Assembly: GCA_010909165.1 (NCBI GenBank)
Contig: MU008173.1
Coordinates: forward strand, 1,054,001-1,118,000
Length of the DNA stretch: 64,000 nt
Direction of reading: 5' to 3'
From: Anthoceros angustus
Taxonomy: Eukaryota; Plantae; Anthocerotophyta
In this document: piece by piece, positions 1-9,867 of the stretch
Layout of the letters: each line of letters starts with the position of its first letter
Numbering within the stretch: the stretch's first letter is position 1
The notes under the pieces: model-generated
What the model saw: the letters and a program-made list of their open reading frames with translations, nothing else
Database searches by the model: none
Told to the model about the DNA's origin: nothing
Program-made: the position numbers and the translations under genes

Positions 1-1557
1 TTGTCAAGTATTAGCCGGCAGGCAATGAGGTGAGTTTCAATATTTGCTTAATAGTAGCCGATTGATCACGGACATCACGAGATCATCCACAAGTCGACGG
101 GTTGGCGGAGCGGTTGGTTCAAACCTTCAAGGATTCGCCGCAATCGCATCGGGTTGAGCCTAGTTGTTGGGATGAGTTGCCGCCATATGTGGCATTGGGT
201 TCTGGATAAGCGCATGTGCCTTGGGTAACTTCACCATATTACATCATGTTCGCCGAAACGCGTGATGCCAAACATTGTAGCGGATACATACCCAAGCCGT
301 TGAATCGGGCACAGGACCCCGAGGTGTGCCTTTGAGTTGCAACAGAGAACGGTTGTTCCAACGGTAATGCCAATGGCGATGGACAATCCGCCATAGCACA
401 AGACCGGACCAACTTAGATATGCATTCACAAGAGGTGGTTCGTGGAAACCAAAAGCAAGAAAGTTTGAAGTGGAGATTTCGTATTTACAAAGATCGATGG
501 TCCAGTAGACTTGATGCCCGAGCCGCTACCAAACAGGCAATCGACGTATGCTCATGATAGAACACTTTCAAAGTGGGTTGAGCTAGCCTTCCTTCCGGCC
601 GAGCTCACAGACACAAAGACGAGCCTTCTTGCAGGTGTTCTTAGTAGATATGGGAGTTGTGTCAAGCGCATCGGCAATGAATTCGAGGTGAGTTTCGCTA
701 CCGCTGACCGTAGCCCGATTGATCACGGACATCACGAGATCATCCACAAGCCGACGGGTTGGCGGAGCGTTGGTTCAAACCTTCAAGGATTCGCCGCAAC
801 ACCGCATCTGAGCCTAGTTGTTGGGATGAGTTGCCGCCATATGTGGCATTGGGTTACGGATAAGCGACAGCGCCTTGGGTAACTTCACCATATTACATCA
901 TGTTCGCCGAAACGCGTGATGCCAAACATTGTAGCGGATACATACCCAAGCCGTTGAATCGGGCACAGGACCCCGAGGTGTGCCTTTGAGTTGCAACAGA
1001 ACGGTTATTCCAACGGGTAATGCCAATGGCGATGGACAATCCGCCATAGCACAAAGACCGGATCAACTTAGATATGCATTCACAAGAGGTGGTTCGTGGA
1101 AACCAAAAGCAAGAAAGTTTGAAGTGGAGATTTCGTATTTACAAAGATCGACCGCACCTTAGACGCCAAGACAGTCGCTTAATCTACGCCAGAAAAGGAC
1201 GGAGAGCAAGGTGTAATTGAATTAGAGGGACAGGATGGTCGCCGATGCAAAGAGCACATGCGGCATCTGGCGCCTTGTCACCTACCCAACCTTGACACAA
1301 GGACGCAACCACAAGCGTGGAAGCCACCAGTTGACCTACCTTGCGGCTCTTGTGGTCACATCACAGATCCTGAGCTGATGCTCCTTTGTGACCAATGTAA
1401 CGGTGGGTATCACATCTTTTGTTTGCGTCCGCCGCTCAAAGAGATTCCAGATGGAGATTGGTTCTGCCATCGGTGCCTTCCACAGATGCTGAATTCGCGA
1501 GCTGGGGGGCTCAGCATACCACCCGCCCGCGAGTCGGGCTCGTCCACAAAAAATTAG
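1..1557 (+). mobile_element. Ty3/gypsy LTR retrotransposon, integrase core and C-terminus ending in a PHD finger (frameshifted; 1-510 and about 660-1160 are near-duplicates)
   Basis: Cross-frame reconstruction gives integrase-like text (VLSRYGS..., DH..SS.DHPQ.DGLAERLVQTFKD, WDE..PYVALGY.., SPY.IMF.R, LRYAFTRGGSWKPKARKFEV). ORF 1258-1557 encodes CGSCGHITDPELMLLCDQCNGGYHIFCLRPPLKEIPDGDWFCHRC, a C4HC3 PHD. The element continues off the left edge. Confidence 0.8.
1258..1557 (+). CDS. PHD-finger (C4HC3) segment at the C-terminus of the gypsy integrase; degraded second copy at 3233-3577
   Basis: Canonical Cys/His spacing C-x2-C...LLCDQC...YHIFCL.PPL.EIP.GDWFC..C, directly following integrase C-terminal sequence (EGQDGRRCKEHMRHLAPCHLP). 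Confidence 0.85.
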   Translation: MRHLAPCHLPNLDTRTQPQAWKPPVDLPCGSCGHITDPELMLLCDQCNGGYHIFCLRPPLKEIPDGDWFCHRCLPQMLNSRAGGLSIPPARESGSSTKN

Positions 1558-2245
1558 GGTTACCCCACATAAGCCCGGCCGCCGTTGTCCGGCAACAAAC
1601 GCGGCAGGTGGAGAGTGAAGGGTGATCAAGCGGTAATATGAAGGAGAGTGTGAGATTTGTTGAAGAACCAGGTTCCTTGTCTAAAGTGGGGTTTCGGGCA
1701 GTCTTGGGTGTGGCCGATGGTGAAGGGACAAGTACGGTGGAGTGAAGAGGTCTTGGGGCGAAGAAGCACCGACGGCAGCCGGTCATAGCCCAATCTGAGA
1801 GTTGCACAGCTCTGTAAGGGATTGTCGAAGCTACCAACAAGGCGTATCCACCGATCCTGCGAAGGAGCAGCAAGTTAGCGAAAGGGGGTGAAGGCGCGCA
1901 AGCATCGATTGGTGCAATTGCCGTGTTTCAAGGCGTCAGCGCTTGTGTGCGATCTCAAGTAGGTCAGTGTACGTGGCGCAGTGAAGGCCTAGCTAACGGT
2001 AAGATCGTGGGAGTTTTCCGTCAGGCGAAGAGCTGTTAAGCGCCATGGTGCGATGAAAACGCTGCTGATGTTCATTGCCGCATAGCGTGGTCCGTTTGCT
2101 TTGCAGCTGCCAAGGGAGATTGACTCATGCAGGGTGTCACCGGCTGCAAAGAGGGGGCACTCTTGCTGTTGTGAGCTGGTCTGCTAGGATTGGGGCTGCA
2201 TGCAAGCTGTAACCAGCCTATCTTCGTGAGGACAGTTGTCTTGTT

Positions 2246-3121
2246 ATGGACCCAGAGGCGGATTACACCTGCAAAACTTGCTTTCGAAGACTGCAGCATA
2301 GTGTTCCTCAATTTCCTGAATGTCCTTGGGAGGACAAGTGGCGGGTCCCCTTGGTCCGCAAATACAATCCAGGAAAACCAGAAAGGCCAGAAACATTCCT
2401 GGAGCTACAAGCGTTCCTGCTATATGTGGAGTCTCATCATGAGACATGTAACATCGAGAACTTCCCATATGATCACAGGGATTTGTTTGAGCTTGCAGGG
2501 CGAGGTATGAATAGACAGACATTTGTCTGGACCAGTTACTGTAAAGGGGCGTTTCGAAAATTGGAGCATCACCTATTCATGCATCAGGTTTTCGACCACT
2601 GGCCCCAAGAAGGATTTTTGGTTTACAAACAACGAGAGAAACCTGCCGATTTACGCAGTTTGAAAGTATGGCTCAGCCACTTGCATCGAGAGAAGGCGGG
2701 GCGATATGCCATTGGCTACCCCAGGGCCTTCTATCGACTGTTTGCATGTTTACGGACAGGGATTCTGGAATGGGATGAACCAACTTCCGAATGCTGGTAC
2801 TTGCTAAATAACAATGTTGGTGATTTCTTGTGTGCCCAGTGTATTGAAAAACAATACTATGTGAATGGGTTGAATGGACCAGGTCTTGCCAAGGTAAAGA
2901 CGGAGCTCGACAGTGACGAAGAAGAGGAGTTGATGGCTCGCCATCGAGCTAGAGAGAAGCAGCGACTGGGAAAAGCACAAGTGGACGAGTATTTTGATCC
3001 TGAAGAAAGGCGGGTGGCCGCCTTGTTGGCCATGGGCCGCACGGAACATGAGCGACCTTCTGAACCCCAATTACGTGATAGCATGTTTCAAAGGTTTTAT
3101 CGTAGGTTCTATGGGATTTGA
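2246..3121 (+). CDS. Uncharacterised 291-aa extra ORF in the 3' internal region of the gypsy element
   Basis: Uninterrupted ATG-to-stop ORF with protein-like composition (CKTC, CAQC, acidic DSDEEEE patch, charged helical tail). A frameshifted near-copy lies at about 4180-4910. No family recognised. Confidence 0.65.
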   Translation: MDPEADYTCKTCFRRLQHSVPQFPECPWEDKWRVPLVRKYNPGKPERPETFLELQAFLLYVESHHETCNIENFPYDHRDLFELAGRGMNRQTFVWTSYCKGAFRKLEHHLFMHQVFDHWPQEGFLVYKQREKPADLRSLKVWLSHLHREKAGRYAIGYPRAFYRLFACLRTGILEWDEPTSECWYLLNNNVGDFLCAQCIEKQYYVNGLNGPGLAKVKTELDSDEEEELMARHRAREKQRLGKAQVDEYFDPEERRVAALLAMGRTEHERPSEPQLRDSMFQRFYRRFYGI

Positions 3122-3182
3122 ATGCCAAAGTGCTGCTCTAGCAGAATACCGTGACCGCCTTTGGCAAGGGGCCGCCGCGTAG

Positions 3183-4910
3183 TTCGACGGAGAGCAAGGT
3201 GTAATTGAATTAGAGGGATGTGATGGTCGCCGATGCAAAGAGCACATGCATCCGCGCCTTGTCACCTACCCAACCTTGACACAAGGACGCAACCACAAGC
3301 GTGGAAGCCACCAGCTGACCTACCTTATGGCTCTTGTGGTCACATCATGCATCCTGCGATGCTCCTTTGTGACCAATGTAACTGGGTATCACATCTTTGT
3401 TTGCGCCCGCTCAAAGAGATTCCAGATGGAGATTGGTTTTGCCATCGGTGCCTTCCATGCACCAAGCTGGGGCTCAAGATACCACCCGCCCGAGCCTGCT
3501 CGCCCACAAAAATTAGGGTTACCCACATAAGCCCGGCCGCCGTTGTCTGGCAACAAACCAAGGCGTGTGGAGAGTGAAGGGTGATCAAGCGGTAATATGA
3601 AGGAGAGTGAGATTTGTTGAAGAACCAGTTCCTTGTCTAAAGTGGGGTTTCGCCTTGGTGGTATGGTGAAGGGACAAGTACGGTGGAGTGACGAAGAGGT
3701 CGTGGGGGGCGAAGAAGCACCGACGGCAGCCGGTCATAGCCCAATCTGAGAGTTGCACAGCTCTGTAAGGGATTGTCGAAGCTACCAACAAGGCGTATCC
3801 ACCGATCCTGCGAAGGAGAAGCAAGTTAGCGAAAGGGGGTGAAGGCGCGCAAGCATCGATTGGTGCAATTGCCGTGTTTCAAGACAGCGGCAGCGTCCGC
3901 GCTTGTGTGCGCTTCTCGGCAGGGTCAGACATCCGAAAGCAAAGGAAGGCCTAGCTAACGGTAAGATCGTGGGAGTTTTCCGTCAGGCGAAGAGCTGTTA
4001 AAGCGCCATGGTGCGAAAACGATGTTCATTGCCGCATAGCGTGGTCCGCTTGCTTTGCCAAGGAGATTGACTCATGCGGTGTCACCTACGCAAAGAGGGG
4101 CACTCTTGTGAGTCGGTCTCTAGATTGGGTCGCATGCAAGTCAGAATCACCTATCTTCGTGAGGATGTCTTGTTATGGACCCAGAGGCGGATTACACTGC
4201 AAAACTTGTCAAGACCGCAAAGATAGTGTTCCTCAATTTCCGAATGTCCTTGGGAGGACAAGTGGCGGGTCCCTTGGTCCGCAAATACAATCCAGAAAAC
4301 CGAAGGCCGTAAACATTCCCCGAGCTACAAGCGTCGCTATATGTGGAGTCTCATCATGAGACATGTAACATTGAGAACTTCCCATATGATCACAGGGATT
4401 TGTTTGAGCTTGCAGGGCGAGGTATGAATAGACAGACATTTGTCTGGACCAGTTACTGTGAAGGAGCGTTTCGAAAATTGGAGCATCACCTATTCATGCA
4501 TCAGGTTTTTGACCACTAGCCTCAAGAAGGATTTCTGGTTTACAAACAACGAGAGAAACCTGCCGATTTACGCAGTTTGAAAGTGTGGCTCAGCCACTTG
4601 CATCGGGAGAAGGCGGGGCGATATGCCATTGGCTACCCAAGGGCCTTCTATCTACTGCTTACATGTCTACGATGTGATTCGAATGGGATGAACCAATCAA
4701 TGCCGGTACTTAAATAACAATGTTGGCGATTTCTTGCGTGCTCGGTATTGAAAACAATACTATGTGAATGGGTTGAATGGACCAGTCTGCTGTGGTAAAG
4801 ACGGAGCTCGACAAAGGACGAAGAAGAGAAGTTGATGGCTCGCCATCGAGCTAGAGAGAAGCGCCGATCGGGAAAAGCATGTGGACGAGTATTTTGATCT
4901 CAAGAAAGGC
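3183..4910 (+). repeat. Indel-rich tandem near-duplicate of about 1195-3010
   Basis: Same text (gacggagagcaaggtgtaattgaattagaggga... through ...gatc.tcaagaaaggcgggtggc) repeated with many 1-3 bp deletions. Confidence 0.9.
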
Positions 4911-5304
4911 GGGTGGCGCCTTGTCACCTACCCAACCTTGACACAAGGACGCAACCACAAGCGTGGAAGCCAGCTGCTGCCTGGTCGTGACCGCCTTTGG
5001 CAAGGGGCCGCCGGCATCCGTAGTTTTTAACCTAGTAACACGGTTTATCTTAATCGTGGTTGTGAGTGCAATTTCGCCTTGATTACCTTGGCACATGGCA
5101 CATGGCACATGGCACCTTGTCATGAGCGCTATGTCGCCACCGCTACCGCCATGACACGGAGCGTGCGCCTGCATATCCAGTGTATGTACACCATGCGCAT
5201 GGTCGGCATGGTATGTGTTCATGTGAGCATGTGTGACATGTGCGATATGTGGTGTATGTGTGACTGGTGTGTGAGGACAGCGGACATCAAGGGAACGAAT
5301 TGGC

Positions 5305-5727
5305 TGTGAGTCACGGCGGCATTATTGCCCAAACGCCGGCAGCGGGCAATATGGCACGATTTCGGATTGAGCGTCACGGCGCCCGATGCGGGCGCCCGCG
5401 ATTCAGCGAGAACGCCGAGTGCGTAGGTAGATAAAAAGGGGCATAGGTCACGTAGAAAGTCGGATTGCTGATGTTTGTTCGATTGGGCAGCCATACGGAT
5501 CCCAAGGGGTTTTTTCCGTGCGTGAGCTTTGGTAAAGGGGCAGTGACGGGTTTGTGCCTGGACAGGACAAGAACTGTCACATTTTGCTGTCGGCACTGTA
5601 GTTTTTAACCTAGTAATACGGTTTATCTTAATCAGGGTTGTGAGTGCAATTTCGTCTTGATTACCTTGGCACATGGCACATGGCACATGGCACCTTGTCA
5701 TGAGCGCTATGCTGCCACCGCGCGACA
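5305..5727 (+). mobile_element. Possible 3' LTR of the PHD-gypsy element
   Basis: Starts TG(tgagtcacggcggca) and ends (gccaccgcgcga)CA with loose terminal complementarity; its 3' part is repeated at 5020-5155. No clean PPT and no partner LTR in the window. Confidence 0.3.
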
Positions 5728-5849
5728 TGCACTTGGAACTGTTGCCGGAGTTGAATGGCAATGCTGCAACTTATGAGGCGCAATAACGCCTTCCCGCTTG
5801 GCGACAGACCCTGTGTTGGATGCGCCATAGCAGAATTTGTTCGCACTCA

Positions 5850-6450
5850 ACACCGGGAGATCCGCTGGGGTCTCTCCTCCCACGCACTGCCGCTAGAATG
5901 AAAAGTCTAAAACCACTAGAGGGATCTCGGGAGCATAATAATCCCGAAGGTGGTCGTAGACTGTCTTAGACAAACCATATGAAGAAGGCCACGGGGCAGT
6001 GGTAAGAACCTTGTTGAAGACCGCCTTGTCAAGACAAAAAGGCTCCTTCGCCAAGATATCTTGTGGATGAGATTACCTAGGGCCGGATGAAGGGCGCAGA
6101 GAGCAGCAATGATCTCCTTAGAGGCTGGTGCGACAGGCGGCCAGCTCTGGTGTAATTCCTAGCAGGGCCCACCATGAGGCACCTCTTAAGATGGGCATTA
6201 GCAGGGTCCGGACGGACGTGATCCACCTTAGTGACTCTAGCCTAGACCTCGCTACGCCCCCCTTTCTCCTTCAGGTCCTTCTAGACCCCAACCTGGAACC
6301 GACGAAGATGGGCAACCACCTCCCTATGCCCTGAAGGACCACCCTGGAGCGGCAAAGACACCACCGAGGGAGAAGGAGGAACAAAGTCTAGGCTGCCTTG
6401 TCCCTGGGGTTGAGCTCGAGGCGCTTCATGGGAAGCCAGCAGGCAAGGTG
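5850..6450 (-). mobile_element. CRE-like (RLE-clade) non-LTR retrotransposon, degenerate N-terminal/RT-proximal fragment
   Basis: Minus-strand frames give LPLQGGPSGHREVVAHLRRFQVG, EIIAALCALHP, LDKAVFNKVLTTAP, VYDHLRDYYAPE and DPSSGFRLF, resembling the region just upstream of the RT core in CRE-like elements. Recognised by eye. Confidence 0.5.
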
Positions 6451-7364
6451 AACATCGTCATGAAGGCGCTTCAAGGGGAAGCCAGTAGGCAAGGTGAACG
6501 TCGTCATCAAGAGAGATGCCGAAAAACGCACAGTCCCGGAAAACGCGCTTCATATGAGACGAATAGGTGATCCGACGGCGCAACCATTGCTAACACAGGA
6601 GGCGGTCCAAGGGAAACGCAAAGTTGGGTGAGCAACCGCTCTGGAAGAAACAAGGCTCACCTGAGCCTCCACGTAATACGATCGAAGCCCTTGTGCTTGT
6701 GCCCAATGTGACATTTCACCCCTACGTGGAGGGAGCTCATAGCGAGGCTAGAATTGTAGGCGGCAATGGTGGAAGGAGATGCGGCCTGGACAGAGGTGCC
6801 TGTGTGGGGGGCGTTGCAAGCCTACTGTCTGCTGTTGCGCCCGATCACACGCCGATTGCTAACAGGGTGGAGACTGCATGCGCGCACTTGGTCCAAGTCT
6901 CGCATGCGCGTCAAGGCCACGAGGGAGCACAAATCTGCGGATCCGGAGGATGGCACAAAGTTGCGAACCTCTCGTCAGCGTCACTAGCTCACTCCAAGAT
7001 CTCTTCCAGCCGCCGCAGGGATGTGCAACCGAAGCAGGAACCTGGTGTTGAACCTCCTCCACTTCCCCGGAAGCCAGGCTGGCGGATGGATGCCAGACAG
7101 AGCTAGTGGCCTTCTCCTGGTGCCGACAAATGAGTTATGAAACTCGGAACTACAGCACTGTGCAATCTTCGGGTCCACATTTCAATGGCGGAACGCTTCA
7201 TCCAGTGTAGCCTGTGTGTCGAGGAAGGTGCCTGTTACTCGCCGCTGACAACTTCTCGGACAGGTACATCGGACACATCCCGGTGAAGCACCGAATCGGG
7301 CAGGAACATGAAAGTTCGTTCCTGGCAATTCCAGCATGTTACACACTTTCCGAGACCAACAAGA

Positions 7365-9258
7365 TCATGTCTGAAGGTGGACTTCGGGCTTGGGTCGCTT
7401 GGTGGGTGTCGAAGCTTGGGCTGCGGCAGCAGCGGCCGCGGCGGCAGCTGCGGCAGCGCAATCGGCCAGGTGTATCCGCAGAAGGCTTCGAGTGGCGATG
7501 ATTCCTTCGGGAACCAGGTCGTGTGAAACCCTGGCGTAGAGAGCCCGTGTTGCTTGCGCGCTCGCGTCCTTCGTTTCCCGGGTTGCTGTAGGACCCATGA
7601 GACAGTGGCCGAGGACCTTCATGATCGGCCGCAGCAAATCTTCCGGGAGAGGGATCACTGGACCTGCAGCTTCGTAGTCGGCCAGGTGGTCGCTGTGGAT
7701 TGAGAGTCTCAAGCTTCCGTTGCCGTTGCCATTGCCTACCGGAGAGGGCAGGTCTCTGGGTGGGCTGTCCCTTGCCGAGTGGTAAGAGCCTGAATCACCA
7801 TCTGGAGACAACAGAGAGACTGTGTGAACATGCATTCGGATGCACCCTGGTCACAACCGGCACGATCGGGAGTACTCTTACCGGTAGATGCTCTTCCCTG
7901 CACGAGGGCCTTGCCCAGCTCCGAGGACCTCTCGTGCGGAGGCAGATCCAGCACAACCTGACTGACCGACACGGGCTCCCCTGACGCCAGAGCGTGGCCC
8001 AGTTCCGGCGCCCTCTCACCCTCCAGTATGGTGGGTGGCTCTGGAGGGATGGGGAGAAGAGCTGTCTCTGCTATTTCCTCCAGCTTTGATGACCAAGAGC
8101 AGCCTTGCAGGGCCCATCTGTTTTCGTTTGCCATCAGCGTCAGACAGAGCATGACATGAGAGGAGCGTCCTGGAGAAGAGGCAGGCAGTTCCTCTCACCT
8201 CTTGACGAAACGGCACAAGTCCAACTTGGATTTCAGTGGCAGACTAGCAACCTTGCGAGAAACGAGGTCCAAGGCCACGCCCACTACGGAGGCACGCTTT
8301 GTGCTCTTCACTGCTCCCTGAGGTTCCAACGGAGCTGACAAGTATCCTGCTGGCTGGAGGACAGGCAAGTTCAGACAAGTCTGTCTGTAGGTGTACAACA
8401 TAGGTCTTGAAAATGCAGGAGCAAGCAGGGCACCTGTAAGGAGATCGGGGCCCGTGCACCAGATCGTGGTGTGTGATAGAGGCTAGGTTGGGCCAGGCTT
8501 GGCACATTCACCACAATGGGTCTCCCTCCCCGAGCCTTCGACTCTTCAGCATACAAAGCCAGCAGCACAGCTTCGAAACCTTTTCCAGAACCACAAACAG
8601 AACATGAGCTACCCTGAGCCAGGCAAGGCAAGGCAAGGCCAGGCAGGAAGCAGCAAACATTTTCAAAAGCTTGGGAAACTTACATAAAACTACCTGCCAG
8701 AGGTTCGTTAGGATTGTTAGAGACACGCAGCAGGTAAACCCCGCACAGAACTGGTATATAGCGCAGCACAACCAAGTGCATGTCAGGCTCCCCAGTCTGG
8801 TAGCTCTCGTACAGCCACTGACACACAGCATCAGTAGCCTGCCAGAACACAGCGAGCCGTGAGTGAGCACTCGCAATCCCACTCCCCGACATCCTCAACC
8901 TAGGGCTCCATTCCATTGCACTACACAAAACCAACCTTCCCAGAGTGCGGATCTAAGATCATTGCCGAAATGTGGTCAGCCAGGACTTCATCCTCCAGCA
9001 GGTCCTTGCCCGGCGTCTCAGACTCCTGCATCAATCAAGCAATCAAGCAACAGGGCTGGGTGTGAGCATGACCCAACAAGAGTAAAAGAAATCTCCAGGC
9101 AACCAGCCAGCCAGGCAGCCAACCACCTGCAGGGCATGAAACCTGTCCTCCAGATCAGGCACGACTCGAGCCAGCGCCAGGATGCGCTCCCGAGCCTGCG
9201 TCATGCCTCCCCACCAGGGCGTCTGGCCCCCCATCGACTCCCTCCTCCTTTCCCACAT
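7365..9258 (-). CDS. Hyccin/FAM126 family protein (PI4KA-complex subunit), 7 exons: 9258-9127, 9025-8936, 8838-8694, 8579-8434, 8353-8199, 8117-7882, 7801-7365; 446 aa
   Basis: All six introns are GT..AG with consistent phases; the joined length is 1341 nt. Motifs match plant Hyccin: WWGGMTQARERILAL, DAVCQWLYESY, GFEAVLLALYAEESKARGGRP, SLAQPSLYHTPR, LEPQGAVKSTKRASVVGVAL, IPLPEDLLRPIMKVLGHCLMGP, ALYARVSHDLVPEGIIATRSLL. The exact start ATG (9258 vs 9234) is uncertain. Confidence 0.92.
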
Positions 9259-9867
9259 GGGATCCAGCCACTCTTTCCTCCAGCTCGACGCTATGGCTAT
9301 GGCGATTGCCCCGGCGGATTGCACGATCCCGCCGGCCACGTGCACACTCGATCCAGCTCCTGCCCCAGATTAAGCGAACCAGCTCCCGTTCCGTCGGCCT
9401 CAATTCCCCTTTTGGAATTCTACCGCTCTGTGCATGTATATCGCAGCGCTGCGCACACTTCGTGCTGTGCTGTGTATAAGCCCAGAGCCCTAATAACTTC
9501 GCCCTTCGGTTGGGACTCGGAGGTGGTGGTGGTGGTTCTCGGCGGGATTGAGACGTCTCACTGTCGGCGGTCGGGGACGCAAGGTGGCTGCAGGCGCCTG
9601 CACCGCCCGGCTCGGGAGGCAGGTATCTGGAGATCGTTGTGGCCGGAGGGAGCTTGCTGGATCCCGGCGCCGCCCTTGCCTTGTGTGCAGATTGGCTACT
9701 GTGGGAAAGAGCGTGATTGAATTGTGTCTGCAATTGCGGTGCAGCACTGCATTCGCTTCGTGGATCCTGTTTGAGTGGTGGAGTTTGGCTCTTGTCTACA
9801 GGAAGCTGGGATAGTCTGATCACGGTGGGGGCGGCCTGCGGGGCATGGAGCTTGGCTGGCCCTAAGG
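9259..9867. promoter_or_regulatory. Short divergent intergenic region, likely bidirectional promoter and 5' UTRs
   Basis: Only 609 bp separate the two divergent start codons. No specific cis-element is called. Confidence 0.55.

Noticed and set aside
1511-2100. Antisense ORF-like text (LLLRRIGGYALLVASTIPY...) between the PHD and the 291-aa ORF
   Set aside because: No recognisable family and no clear start. Its recurrence at 3585-3824 is only the local duplication, not independent conservation.
6624-7106. 160-aa plus-strand ORF and neighbours
   Set aside because: No recognisable domain; probably the antisense of degenerate retroelement 5' sequence.
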